The notes under the pieces: model-generated
Told to the model about the DNA's origin: nothing
What the model saw: the letters and a program-made list of their open reading frames with translations, nothing else
The model's database searches: none
DNA from: Mobula hypostoma
Taxonomy: Eukaryota
DNA: 64,000 bases
Direction: 5' to 3'
Assembly: GCF_963921235.1 (NCBI RefSeq)
Contig: NC_086109.1
Span: forward strand, 4,900,001 to 4,964,000
Shown here: in pieces, positions 1 through 12,887 of the stretch
Layout of the letters: each line of letters opens with the position of its first letter
Position numbering within the stretch: the first letter of the stretch is position 1
Program-made: the position numbers and the translations under genes

Positions 1-95
1 TCAATTAAGTAGACAGTCAGAAAAAACATCATATGGACTAAACTAATGGCAATGAGATGTGGCAGATATGAGAGGACCACAGGAAGTTAACTTAC

Positions 96-162
96 TGCAA
101 TCTGACCATTCTCATCCAAGAGGTAGGTTTTCACATCTTTCAGTGCTGCAATGGCACACTCC
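96..162 (-). CDS. PFKFB2: PFKFB2 internal coding exon (67 nt): (K)ECAIAALKDVKTYLLDENGQIA; gene continues beyond the left edge
   Basis: Minus strand reads ttttgttgtcacag|G GAG TGT GCC...CAG ATT GCA|gtaagt. Phase fits the previous exon (AA|G = Lys). Peptide matches the PFKFB kinase segment QCALxALxDVKxYLxxENGQIA. Confidence 0.95.
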
Positions 163-759
163 CTGTGACAACAAAACAGCAAGTTATTTCAGAGAGTTTT
201 CAACTGCAGCTAAATTGCTCAATAAGAAGGTACTTCAGAGAAAGGAGCTCTCAAAGTAATAATTATATGGAGGGAGGGTGAATCATTAATTTGGTAGTAT
301 CCTGGGGGAATAAAGATCTAAGAATTGGTTTCAAATCACCTTCCACAGCAATATGGTGTAGAAATAACCACAGAATAGACTATTCTGGATCTTGCCTTGC
401 ATAGAGATAATGTTAGTTATTATTTGAGCCATGAGACATAGATATTTGTATTTAGGATTTCCCTAAAGAAAATTAATCACAATCGGAGAACTTTGCTTTG
501 AGTTCAGGAATAATTTGCTTCAGTCCAAATGCAATTAGCTAAGGGTGATAAATTAGAAAGACAGTGCTAGCCAGAATGAACATCAAAGAGTGAAACAGGA
601 ATGTAGGCAGCCATTTTGTGAGACTGTCCTTGCAGCCACCTTCTTGAGAACTGTTTGAACTGATTTCCTGCTTGGATAATTTAATCAAGCAATGGAATGT
701 GGATGCAAAGAGTTTCAGCTAATGATCTGCTAAACCTGAGACCATTCTCAGACAAGTAG

Positions 760-1040
760 CTACTATACAAAAATCTATCCAACCCTGTCTTAAATATATT
801 TACTGAGGTAACTTCCACTGCTTCATTGGGCAGAGAATTCCACAGAATCACCATTCTTTGGGAAAAGCAGTTCCTTTTCATCTCTGACCTAAGTTTACTT
901 CCCTGAAGCTTGAGGATATGCCCCATAGTTATAGTCTCACCTACCAGTGGAAACAACTTCCCTGCTTTTATCTTATCTATCCTTTTCATAATTTTATATG
1001 TTTCTAGAAGACCCCATCTCATCCTTCTAAATTCTAGCAA
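760..1040 (-). mobile_element. CR1 LINE 3' fragment; same subfamily at about 9716-9936 and 12967-13356
   Basis: ETYKIMKRIDK...FSQRMVILWNSLPNEAVE...FKTGLDRFL, the typical CR1 ORF2 C-terminus. Confidence 0.85.
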
Positions 1041-1094
1041 GCATCTGAGAGGAGAGCACACATTTTCTGGCAGACAGAATGCAAGTACTCAGTT

Positions 1095-2350
1095 TATCTA
1101 TGGACACCTTTTATAAACCCACTAATTCTCCCAGCTACCTGGACTATACCTCTTTCCAGCTTGTCACTTGTAAAAATGCCATCCACTTCTCTAAATTGCT
1201 CCGTCTCCGCTGCATCTGCTCTCAGGAAGAGACTTTTCATTCTATAAATAATAAGATGTCCTCTTTCTTCAAAGAAAGGAGTTTTCCTTCCTCTACCATC
1301 AACGTTGCTCCCAACCACATCTCCTCCATTTTACACACATCTGCCCTCATCCCATCCACCTGCCACCCCATCAGGGAGAAGGTTCCGCTTGTCTTCACCT
1401 ACCCAACCCACCAGCCTCCGTGTCCAGCACATAATTCTCCTTAATTTCCACCATCTCCAACGGGGTCCCACCATCCAGCACATCTCACACCTCCTCCCCT
1501 CCCACGTTCTGTAGGTATAGTCCAGGCAGCTATGTGACTCCCTTATCCAGTTATCTCTCCACTGATCTCCCTCCTGGCACTTAACCTTGCAACCAGAACA
1601 AGTGCTTCACCTGCCCCTATACCTTCTCCCTCACTACCATTCAGAGCCCCAAACAGTCCGTCCAGGTGAGGTGATACTTCACCTGCGAGTCTGTTAGGGT
1701 CATATACTGTATCTGATGCTCCCAGTGTGGCCTCCCGTGTATTGATGAGACCCTGATGCAGACTGGGAGATGGCTTCACCGAGCACCTATGCTGCGTCTG
1801 CCGGAAAAGACGGGATCCCGTTGGCCACCAATTTTAATTCTACTTCCCATTCCCATCCTGACACGTCAGTCCACAGGGTCTTCTGCTGCTGCGATGAGAG
1901 CACACTCAGTTTGGAGGGACAACACCTTATATTCCGTCTCCAACCTGATGGCATGAACATCAACTTCTCGAACTTCCAATAACTGCCCCCCTTCACCATT
2001 CCACATTCCCATTTCCCACTCCCCCCTCATCTCCTTATCTGACCATCACTTCCCTCTGCTGCTCCTCAACCTTCCCCTTCTTCCATGGTCTTCTACCTTC
2101 TCCTATCCGATTTCCTCTTCTTCAGCCCTGTACCTCTTTCATCAATCAACTCCTTATTTCACCCCTCCCCCTGTCCCGGTTTCACCTATCACCAACTACC
2201 TTGTCCTTCTTTCTCCCCTCCCCCCACCTTCTTACTCTGACCTCACCTTTTTTTCCAGTCCTGATAAAGGGTCTCAGCCCGAAACCTCGACCGTTTGCTC
2301 TTATCCATAGATGCTGCCTGGCCTGCTGAGTTCCTCAGCATTTTGTGTGT
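1095..2350 (+). mobile_element. Degenerate 5'-truncated Penelope-like element, same family
   Basis: Frameshifted YKPTNSPSYLDY...LRLRCICSQ...QPDGMNINFSNF, pyrimidine-rich UTR, hammerhead-like end at 2256-2293. Confidence 0.9.
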
Positions 2351-2364
2351 ATAGCTATTTATTT

Positions 2365-3114
2365 TGTAACATGGCAGGTTTGCAGGAGGAGCAATCTGTA
2401 GCCTTGTTAGGCTCAGTGTCTGGGTCACTTGGTTTGACAGGTTTCAATCAGCTAAGAGTTGAAAAGAACCAAAAGACCTAAGACTGAAGGCAAAGGTCAT
2501 AGAACAATACTGGTTGTGGCCCTGGACCAGAGCCAATAAGGAGGTGACCCGGGTCAGTCAGGTGACCTCGAGCCAATGAGATTGAAGTGCAATATTTGAA
2601 CTGGTGAGAAAGGAGTATAAAAATGCTTCGAATGCAAAGAGGCAGTAACTTTCCGGAGACCAACCATCGCGAATGCGGAGGACCCCACAAACAAGAGAAA
2701 ATCTACAGATGCTGGAAATCCAAGCAACACCACACACAATGCTGGAGGAACTTAGCAGGCCAGGCAGCATTTCTGGAAAAAGTACAGTTGATGTTTCAGG
2801 CTGAGGCGTGTCCTGCTTTTTCCCCCCACAGATGCTGCCTGGCCTACTGAGTTCTTCCACATGAGGACCCCATGTTGGGCACGTGGAGATTAGATCAGGA
2901 CCACGAGGAACACCTGGCCAGCAAAGATTCTTTTACCAGGTGTTATCTTTTCTATTCTTTGACTGTTCATAGAGGGTCAGGGAGACTTAGTAGGTGTGCA
3001 CACACTTATTCAGTTCTGTAAATTCACATACTCTCCAGTTGAGACAATAAAGGTACTTGCCAGTAAATACAGACTCTTTCTGTGCCTACTGATCATAATT
3101 ACTAAACGGTAACA
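2365..3114 (+). mobile_element. Probable solo LTR (about 565 bp after removing the PLE insert)
   Basis: TGTAAC...GTAACA termini, flanks ATTT/ATTG. Two AGCCAAT boxes, then GTATAAAAA, then AATAAA, in U3-R-U5 order. Confidence 0.65.
2688..2862. mobile_element. 175-bp palindromic PLE-end unit inserted in a solo LTR
   Basis: Minus PLE tail joined to a plus PLE tail; perfect 10-bp TSD GAGGACCCCA (2678-2687 / 2863-2872). Confidence 0.85.
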
Positions 3115-3554
3115 ATTGACAAACTTAGTCCAACAATTAGCAAAGCATTTCAAAATTCCCACAAGACATTTTCAAATAAAAAATCATTGTGGTAATATTG
3201 AGACATACAAATTAAAAATTGCTGTTAGTTTGCTCAAGCTTCCTCAGTTTTGTCACAACTCTCCATGACCAGGGGGTTTTGTCAGGCCTTACAACCTTCC
3301 TTTCACGAGGCACACATCGTCATATCTTGAGATTTACGTTACTACATAAATGCAGATTGTTGACGGATAAACTACACCAGATTAAGGAGGACCACCCAAT
3401 CAGCATTCCTGCTTCTCACAGCTGGAAAAGCATTTGCGTCAACGTGATAACAACATGTAGCATGCCAGCAGCTATTCTTGATGTATGAATTCTTGATGCA
3501 TGGACACATGCCTCCCTGACACACTGACTCCTCATGCCAGATAAAGGTTGGCAG

Positions 3555-6053
3555 GGACAAAAGAGAATCTGCAGATGCTGGAAATCCGAGTAACACACAC
3601 AAAATGCTGGAGGAATTCAGCAGGCCAGGCAGCATCTATGGAAAAAAGTACAGTTGAGATTTCGGGATGAAACCCTTCGGCAGGGCTGGAGAAAAAACAC
3701 TGAGGAGTAGGTTTGAAAGGTGGGGGAAGGGGAAAGAAAACAAGGGTAAGGTGAAACTTGGAGGGGGGAATGAAGCAAAGAGCTAGGAATTGATTGGTGA
3801 AAGAGACAGAAGGCCATGGAAGAAGAAAGGGGGGGGGAGGAGCACCAGAGGAAGGTGATGGGCGGGTAGGGAGATGACATGAGAGAGGGACACAGGGATG
3901 GGAAATGGTGAAATGGGGAGGGGGGCATTACTGGAAGTTTGAGAAATCGATGTTCATGCCATCAGGTTGGAGGCTACACAAACGGAATATAAGGTGTTGT
4001 TCTTCTAACCTAAGTGTGCCTCATCATGACAGTGGAAGAGGCCATGTTTGGACATATTGAAATGGGGATGAAAAGTGGAATTGAAATGGGGATGGAAAGT
4101 GGAATTAAAATGGGTGGCCACTGGGAGATCCCGCTTGTTCTGGCAGGCAGAGCGTAGATGCTCGACGAAGCAGTCTCCCAATCTACGTAGGGTCTTGCTG
4201 ATATACAGGAGACCACACTAGGAGCACCAAACACAGTATATGACCCCAAAAGACTGAAAGGTGAAGTGTCACCTCACCTAAAAGGACTGTTTGGGGCCCT
4301 GAATGGTAGTGACGGAGGAGATGTAGGGGTAGGTGTAACACTTGTTCCGTTTGCAAGGGTAAGTGCCAGGAGGGAGATCAGTGGGGAGGGATAAATGGAC
4401 AAAGGAGTTGTGTAGGGAGCGATCCCTTCGGTGTAATAAATGCTGGGCACGGAGGCTGGTGGGGCGGTAGGTGAGGACAAGAGGAACCCTATCCCTGGTA
4501 GTGCGGCGGGAGGATGGGGTAAGAGCAGACGTGCGTGAAATAGAAGAGATGTGGTTGAGGGCAGCATTGATGGTGGAGGAAGGGAAACCCTTTCTTTAAA
4601 AAAGGACATCTCCTTTGTTCTATAATGAAAAGCTTCATCCTGAGAGCAGATGCGGCGGAGATGGAGGAATTGAGAAAAGGAGTTTGCGTTTTGCCTTTTT
4701 ACAAGTAGCAGGGTGGGACGAAGCATAGTCCAGGTAGCTGTGAGAGTTTGTGGGTTTATAATAGATATCAGTAGATAAGATGTGTCCGAAGATAGAGACA
4801 GTGAGATTGCGTAAGGGAAGGGAACTGTTGGAAGTGGATCAGGTGAATTTGAAGGCATGGTGGAAATTAGAGGCAAAGTGGATGAAATCAACAAGCTCAG
4901 CACGGGTGCAGGAAGCAGCACCATTGCAGTCGTCGATGTAGCGTAGGAACAGTGCAGGACAGTCACCAGTGTAGGCTTGGAACATAGACTGCTCCACGTA
5001 GCCGGCATAGCTAGGACCCATGTGAGCACCCATGGCTACATCTTTTGTTTGAAGGAAGTGAGAGGACCCAAAAGAGAAATTATTTAGAATGAGGACATGT
5101 TCCACTAGGCGGAGGGGCACTGTTTGGGTCTGGTGTCCAGAAAGAAACTGAGAGCTTTCAGGCCTTCCTGGTGGGGGATGGAGGTGGTTAGAGATTGGAC
5201 ATCCATAGTAAAAATATGATGAGGGCCAGGGAACGCACTAGATCTTTCCTTTTCTTTTTTTTTTGGCGTGTGCGTGCGCGTCTGCGTGTGCGATGTTGGC
5301 GGGACGATGTCTTTTCCATGCCTTTACAAGGCACGGAGCGAGAGAGAGACTGTGTGGCTCGCCACTCCTCACACAGACATTTCGCAGTATTTTTCCCTTT
5401 ATTTTACAAGGTTGAGTTGCGATCTCGACACTCAACCCGACACGGATGGAAAGCGTACTCGGGAGCGGCCCCGGCTGGATTCGAACCCAGGAACCTCCGT
5501 TCCAGAGTCCGGCGCTGATGTCATTGCGCCACCAGTCGGCCCCGCTCTAGATCTTTTCAAGGATTTCAGGTTCCCTGGCCCCCATCATCTTATTTTAATT
5601 CCACTTCCCATTCTGATATGTCCATCCATGGGCTCCTCCACTGTCAGAATAAGGCCATGCTTAAGTTAGAGAAACTACACCTTATATTCCGTTTGGGTGG
5701 CCTCCAACCTGAAGGCATGAACATCGATTTCTCAAACTTTCAGTATTGCCTCCAACTCCCCCTTCACCATTTCCCATCCCTGTCCCTCTCTCATGTTATC
5801 TCCTTGCCCGCCCATTGCCTCCCCCTGATGCTCCTTCCCCCCCCGCCCTTTCTTCTTTCTTCCATGGCCTTCTGTCTCTTTCACCAATCAACTTCCTAAC
5901 TCTTTGCTTCATTCTTCCCCCTCCAAGTTTCACCTATTGCTTGGCGTTTCTCTCTCCCCTCCCCCCACCTTTCAAATCTACTCCTCAGCTTTTTTTCTCC
6001 AGTCTCCTGCCAAAGGAATTCAGCCCGAAATGTTTCTTTTCCATAGATGCTGC
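3555..6053. mobile_element. Fold-back Penelope-like element: minus arm about 3555-5233 (RT motifs to 3' end) and plus arm about 5543-6053, with a SINE at the junction
   Basis: Minus arm encodes FTMDVQSL, QTKDVAMGAHMGPSYA and FLRYIDD. Plus arm repeats the endonuclease end and UTR. Imperfect TSD AAGGTTGGCAG 3544-3554 / AAGGATTGGCAG 6054-6065. Confidence 0.85.
5248..5542 (-). mobile_element. Young tRNA-derived SINE with A-rich tail
   Basis: Minus strand A box TGGCGCAATG and B box GGTTCGAATCC (5477-5487), CpG-rich. TSD CGCACTAGATCTTT 5234-5247 / CGCTCTAGATCTTT 5543-5556. Confidence 0.9.
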
Positions 6054-6221
6054 AAGGATTGGCAGTAAAAAGGAGAGAGGGTACGAGATGGGGAAAACTA
6101 GGAAGCTGAGAGAAAAAAAACATCAGTTGCAAATCTGTGGTTTCCTGAGATAGCCATTAACTTCCGAACCACTTTGACAGGTTAGCAAACACACTCAGCA
6201 AAGCTGAGAAAAGACAACTTA

Positions 6222-6326
<105 letters not shown>

Positions 6327-6971
6327 TCAAAGAGTAAGGTATTAGCAAATGAAGGAATGTATATAGAGAGCAGAATATACTTGGTGAAAAAACTCAATTC
6401 TTCAGTCCAGTTCCCTGGAATTTTGGAAAATTGCTCTTCTCTTCCTTTGTCAAAGAATCTGTAAAACATTCTTTGCTCTGTTAGCACATGCACACACTCC
6501 TTTACTTGGGCATCACTATTCTTCTCGAATGAAACCTCTATAAGAATAATGAAATTTGAGATTACGCTTGGCACAGAAAAGAGAATCTTTAATCCAGGTT
6601 ATAATAGGCTGAAAACTGAATCACAATAAGTTATAAGGTAAACTTTTAATCCAGGGTCCTGTTGAAGGGTCTTGGCCCAAAAGGACAACTGTTTACTCCT
6701 GTCCATTGATGCCGACTGAACTGCTGAGTTCCTCCAACATTTTGTGTGTGTTGCTCTGGATTTCCAGCATCTGCAGAATCTCCTTTGATTGAAAGGTAAA
6801 TCTGCAATGGCAGAAGTTCCAGAGAATATTGCATTAAAGGTAAAGGTTTGCTTTGTGTTATCCAAAATGGTCAACATTTGTGGGAAGTGATAGTGTTCAC
6901 AAAGGCCTTGAAAAAGTGCATGGAATGTGAAAATTTACCAGCTCAAGGGGTTAAATTACAAAGGCAATTCA

Positions 6972-7317
6972 ATGCAGAAAGTTTGAAATTAATAACTCAT
7001 CTTCTACCTTAGGCCACAAACTTATCAATCACCCCTGATGAGTTATTAACTTCAAACTTTCTGCATAATCACTCAAAGAGTTGACCTGCATGTGCATGTA
7101 ACGAGAGCTGTATAACTAACCTCCCTCTACCTTAGGCCATGAACTTATCAATCAGCCCTGCTGTGGACACTTTCTGGAGGTCCAAGATCCGTATGCTCCA
7201 CGACCGCTGGACTAAGTGTGTAAATATAGGAGAGGACTATGTTGAAAAATAAATGTGTTAGGTTTTCTAAAATTGAATCCTTCAAACTTAGGCCACGAAC
7301 TTATCAATCGCCCCTCG
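6972..7317. mobile_element. Mariner-like MITE remnant with three copies of the TIR motif
   Basis: cttaggccaYRaacttatcaatc..ccct at about 7008, 7131 and 7287; the last ends ...CCCCTCG followed by TA; internal 30-bp inverted repeat. Confidence 0.6.
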
Positions 7318-7877
7318 TATTTCATTAGGAGTTTGAGGAAAATTGGTCTGTCAGCAAAGGCACTCGCAAATTTCTACAGATGTACTGTGGAGAGCACTCT
7401 GATTGCAACACTGTCTCGTATACAGGGGCAACTGCACGGGATCGTAAAAAGTTGAAAAAAGTTGCAACCTCAGCCAGCTCCATCATGGGCACAGGCCTCC
7501 CCAGCGTTGAGGACACCTTCAAAAAGCAACACTTTAAAAGGACGACATTCATCATTAAAGACCCGCATCATCCAGGCCACGCACTCTTTTCATTGCTACC
7601 ATCAAGGAGGTGGTACAGAAGCCTGAAGATACACAGTCAATGCTTCAGGAACAGCTTCTTTCCCTCTGCCATCAGATTTCTTCAATGGACAATGGACCCA
7701 TGGACACTAAATTGCTATTTTGTTTCTTTCCTCTCGTTTAACACTACGTACTTAATTTAATTTTTATATATAAGAAACTTTTATTGTAACATTGTTTTAT
7801 TATATATTGCAAAGAGCTGCTGCTGCAAAACAACAAATTTCATGACACATGCCATAATATTAAACCTGATTCTGATC
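7318..7877 (+). mobile_element. Rex1/Babar LINE 3' fragment; related pieces at about 8010-8860(-), 19047-19660, 20290-20560(+), 45055-45520(-) and 55581-56110(-)
   Basis: IIKDPHHPGHALFSLLPS.R.YRSL...FRNSFFPSAIR motif; (ATTCTG)n tail. Confidence 0.85.
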
Positions 7878-10367
7878 CCGAATGCCGTGGCTATGTACAA
7901 GACAAAGGGAATGTCGCCCTCTACCTCTGGGGAATTTAAGTACAAGCAGGCTGAAATGGTGTGCTGGCTGCAGAAAAGCTCTGAGCATCATATATTACAA
8001 ACAACAATTTATTATCAAGGTACATATATGCATCATATACAACTTTTAGATTTGTTTTTCTGCGAGCATACACAGTAAATCAAGAAATACAATAGAATCA
8101 ACAAAAGACTGCATCCGACAGGGCATTTAATAACCAATGTGCGAAAAACAACATTTGTGCAAATACAAAAGAAAAAGAGGAAAAAAAAAGCAATAACTAT
8201 CAAGAACATGAGATGAAGAGTTCTTGAAAGTGAGTCTGTAGGTTTTGGGCACAGATCAGTGACGGGATGAGTGAAGTTATCCCATCTGGTTCACGAGCCT
8301 GATGGTTCATGTTGCTGAACCTGATGGTGGGGGGGCCTGAGGCTCCTGTACCTTCTTCCTGATGGCAACAGCAAGAAGAGAGCATGTCCTGGGTGGTGGG
8401 GGTCCTTGATAATGGATGCTGCTTTCCTGTGACAGCACTCCATGCAGATGTGCTCAATGGTGGGGAGAGCTGGGCCATATCCATTGCCTGCTGAGTTCTT
8501 CCAGCATTTTGTGTGTGTTGTTTGGATTTCCAGCACCTGCAGATTTTCTGCTCAAGGGAATAGATGCTTCCATGCCAGGCCATGATGCAACCAGTCAATA
8601 TACTCTGCACCACATATCCAAACAAGTTTGTCAAATCTTCGCAAACGTCTAAGGAAGTAGCGGTGCTGCTGTGCTTTCTTCTTAATGGCACTTGCATGCT
8701 GGGCCCAGAACAGATCCTCTGAAATCATAAAATCAAGGACTTTAAAATTGCTGATCCTCTCCATCTCTGATTCCCCGTTGAGGACTGGCTCTGGTTTCCT
8801 CCTCCTGAAGTCAATAATCAGTTCCTTGGTCTTGCTGACATTGAGTTGTTGTGGCACCACGTTTTTGCCAATGAGAGGAATTTGTGCCTTATTTTCAGTG
8901 TCTTCCCTGTGTTGATTTTCTCAATTTTCTCCCATTTTGTAGGGAAACTTTGAATGATGAATGAAAGCATAAAAAGCAGCAAAAAAAAAGTGTGAAAGAG
9001 GTTGCTAATCTCAGTGCAAAGATGTCTAATTAAACAAGGGAATTTAAGGATTTTAATACTTTTAAATTTGTCTTGTCCCTTTGCAGCTCTATTTATGATT
9101 ATATTCTGGTTATTACTTTGTGTTAATGAAATGTTGGGCTCCATATTATGGTATTAGTTGGGTATGAAATTTATCACGTTCACCTTCACATCTATCCACA
9201 ATGCAGTTTGAACCCTGGTACATACCACTGCTTCATTCAGGACTCCCATTCAAGAAAGAGTCACTTGCTTGAGCAATTAGTTCAGCTAAGTTCAGGTACT
9301 AAATTTCTTTTCTTTTCCAGTTTTGTGTGAGTTAACCCTGATAGAATGTTGCTGCATATTGATAAAACTTAAAAGCTATGCTATCAGAAAGTCTTCACAT
9401 TCTCAAGCAACGGTTCCCAACTTGGAGTCCACGGACCCCTCGGTTAATGGCAGTTAACCATAAAAAGAGTCTTTCACTACAGTTCAGCACCTGGGTTAAA
9501 ACTGATATTAATTGGTGAATCTAAGTGGGTTAAAAACTAGAAAGATATTCTTGGACTACCTTCCTAATTAAAACAATGTTACCAAATACCATTCTCTAAC
9601 AGTTTCCCTTAAGTTTCATACAGCAGTATCTAGATAGGAACGTATGCTGAGGGACTCTGTAGAATATGTACACTCTGTATCTTCATCTGATACTATGAGT
9701 AATTCAATTTTTCCTCAGAATAAGGACTAGGAGCAGGAGTCATCTGGCCCGTGGAGCTTGCTCTATCATCCATTAACATCATGGCTGATCTGGTCTTGGA
9801 CTCAGCTTCACCTACCTGCCTTTGCCCCATAACCCTTAATTCTCCTGCTATGTAAAATCAATTTAACTGTGTCTTAAGTATATTTACTGAGGTAGCCTCC
9901 ACTGCTTCCTTGGGCAGAGAATTCCACAGATTCACTCATTCAGTATGTGCTATGCTGTATGATGTAGACAATCATGGTCTTGACCGTGATTGCTCTTGGC
10001 AAATTTTTCTACAGAAATGGCTTGCCATTGCCTCCTGGGTAGTGGCTTTACATATGGGTGACCTCATCCATCTTCTGAGATTGTCTGCCTGGCATCAGTG
10101 AACGCATAACCAAGGCTAGTGATCTGCACCAGCTGCTCACATGACCATCCACCACCCGCTCTCATGGCTTCATGTGATCCTGATTGGGGGGCTAAGTAGG
10201 TGCTACGTCTTGCCCAAGGGTGACCTGCATGCTAGTGGAGGGAAGGTGGTACAATAGCCTCAGGACTCACACCACCAGGTTCAGGAATAGTTATTTACTC
10301 CTCAACCATCAGGCTCTTGAACCAGCATGGATAACTACCCATCCCAACGCTGAACCCTTTCCATAAC

Positions 10368-11009
10368 GACGATGGCGGCACGAGGGCAGCGCGCGCAGCC
10401 ACTTTGGTGGTGATGTCTGTTATCTGTCAAGTAGGGGACCGTACACAATTCTGATTTGATGGAGACGGACGTGAGAGTATGGAGGAACATCTGGAAAACT
10501 TCTGAAATGCCCACTTCGCTGCCGCTGCTACTGTGTGGTAACCGGAATCTCCGGAGCAGAAGGCCCCGAAATCCTCAGCTTTGCATGTTTCAGCGGCCAG
10601 GGCGAGGTCGAAGGTGCTCGGCAGGCTGTATCGGAGAGGCTGGTTGGAAGCTCAAAGTTTTCGGACGGATGGACTCAGTATCGGCTGTGGTCGGCTGCTT
10701 CCAAGGCATCGGCAAGTTGACGGTGCCTGGAGGTTTATGGCAGGGAGTTTCTCCCTTTTGCCGCCTGCTATCGGGGACTTTTGAGACTTTATTTACCGTA
10801 CCCATGGTTTGTTCTTCATCAAATTATGGTATTGCTTTGCACTGCTGTAACTATATGTTATAATTATGTGGTTCTGTCAGTGTTAGTCTTTGGTTTGTCC
10901 TGTTTTCTGTGATATCACTCCAGAGAAACATTGCATCATTTCTTAATGCATATATGCATTTCTAAATGACAATATAAAAGGACTGAGTGTTCTCATAATC
11001 TAATCTAAT
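10368..11009 (+). mobile_element. About 640-bp non-coding retroposon (GC-rich head, LINE-like 3' tail)
   Basis: Interrupts a Rex tail (ccataac|...|tatggact). Starts GATGGCGGC, ends (TAATC)n, CpG-rich. Confidence 0.6.
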
Positions 11010-12512
11010 TTATGGACTGACTTTTCAAAGACTTATCTCATTTTCTTGATATTTATTATTATGTTTTTTCTTCTGTGTTTGCACTATTTGTTGCCCTTTG
11101 CGCATTGTCTATTTGTCCACCCTGTTGGGTGCGGTCTTTTATTGATTCTATTGTGTATGCCCGCACAAAAGCGAATCTCAGGGTTTCATATTGTGACATA
11201 TATGTACTTCGATAATAAGTTTACTTTGAACTTTGAAATGTTACTTACAAAGTCCAAAGCAAAAATCATGTAATGGAAATGAGCTGCAGTTACTGCATCA
11301 GCCACGCAGGCAGGAAAGAAAAGGCAATTGCAGCCTCAAAGGCTGTTCATTTAGAGAAAGAATGGAGCAATGATCACTTGCAGTCCACCCCCAAAAAAGG
11401 TTTCCTTTGCTTGTCACTGACCAGCTGAATATTTGGATCTCATATAATAGCAGAAGAAATCTCTATTCTAACGGATATGAACTCCTAGTCACAATGGAAA
11501 TAAAAAAGAGATCAGTCTGCTTCCATGAAGAGGAAGAATTTAGATTAACTTTCAGTAGGACCATGATGGAGAACTATTAAGACATTTTAAATGTCAAACC
11601 TTGTTAGCAATTTCAACATGGAATAGAACTAAAAATCATTCCACTGTACCAGCACAAAGATCTACCTTATTGAATAGTGTCAGGCATTATTGTAACACAA
11701 TGGTCACAGAAATGTGACAATTTTTAACATCTAAATAGTGCGGTGAATTATAATTATGATATAATAATGCTGCTAATGACATGCTCAAGTTCAGGCAATT
11801 GCAATGGTCACAGAGCACCACAGCAAGAAACAGGCCCTTTGCTCATCTAGTCCATGCTGAACTGCTATTCTGCCTAGTCCCATCAACCTCCAAGTGGATT
11901 ATAGCCTTCCTAGCCCTCCCATCCATGTACTTATCCAGACTTGTCTTAAATGTTGAAATTGAACCTGTATGTAGCACTTTGCTGGCAGCTTGTTCCACAC
12001 TCTCACCACCCTGAGTGAGGAAGTTCCCCCTCAAGTTCCCGACTACAATAGCAAAATAAGTAAATGGAGACGTGCTGGAGTCAGTGCTGACGTGGTGTCT
12101 CCACACAAAATAATAAAAAGGGAGATTAGATTAGCTTTATTTGTCACATGTACATCAAAACATACAATGAAATGCATCATTTACATCAAATCAAAACAGC
12201 AAGGACTGTGCTGGGCAGCCCACAAGTGTCTCCATGATTCTGGCATGTCCACAACTTACCAACCCTAAGCTGTATGATTTTGGAATGTGGGAGGAAATCG
12301 GAGCACCCAGAGAAAACCCAGGAAGTCAAAGGGAGAACGTACAAAATCCTTACAGACAGTGGTGGGATTGAACCATGATCACCGGCACAGTAAAGCGCAG
12401 AACTAACTGCTACACTTAATGTGCCTCCCACATTGACAATTAACAAATTCCCTCCCCCGCCACACGGATGGTGCCTGACCCATTGAGATTCTCCAGCAAT
12501 TTGTTTTTCTTA

Positions 12513-12887
<375 letters not shown>

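Noticed and set aside
5460..5542. tRNA gene
   Set aside because: The A/B boxes continue into a body with an A-tail and TSD, so it is a SINE head.
6330..6574. Open frame upstream of PFKFB2 exon 6223-6319 as an extra exon
   Set aside because: No PFKFB similarity, out of frame with the true exon, and no convincing donor.
7000..7320. CRISPR-like spaced repeats
   Set aside because: Eukaryotic context, irregular spacing, no cas genes; the motif is a transposon TIR.
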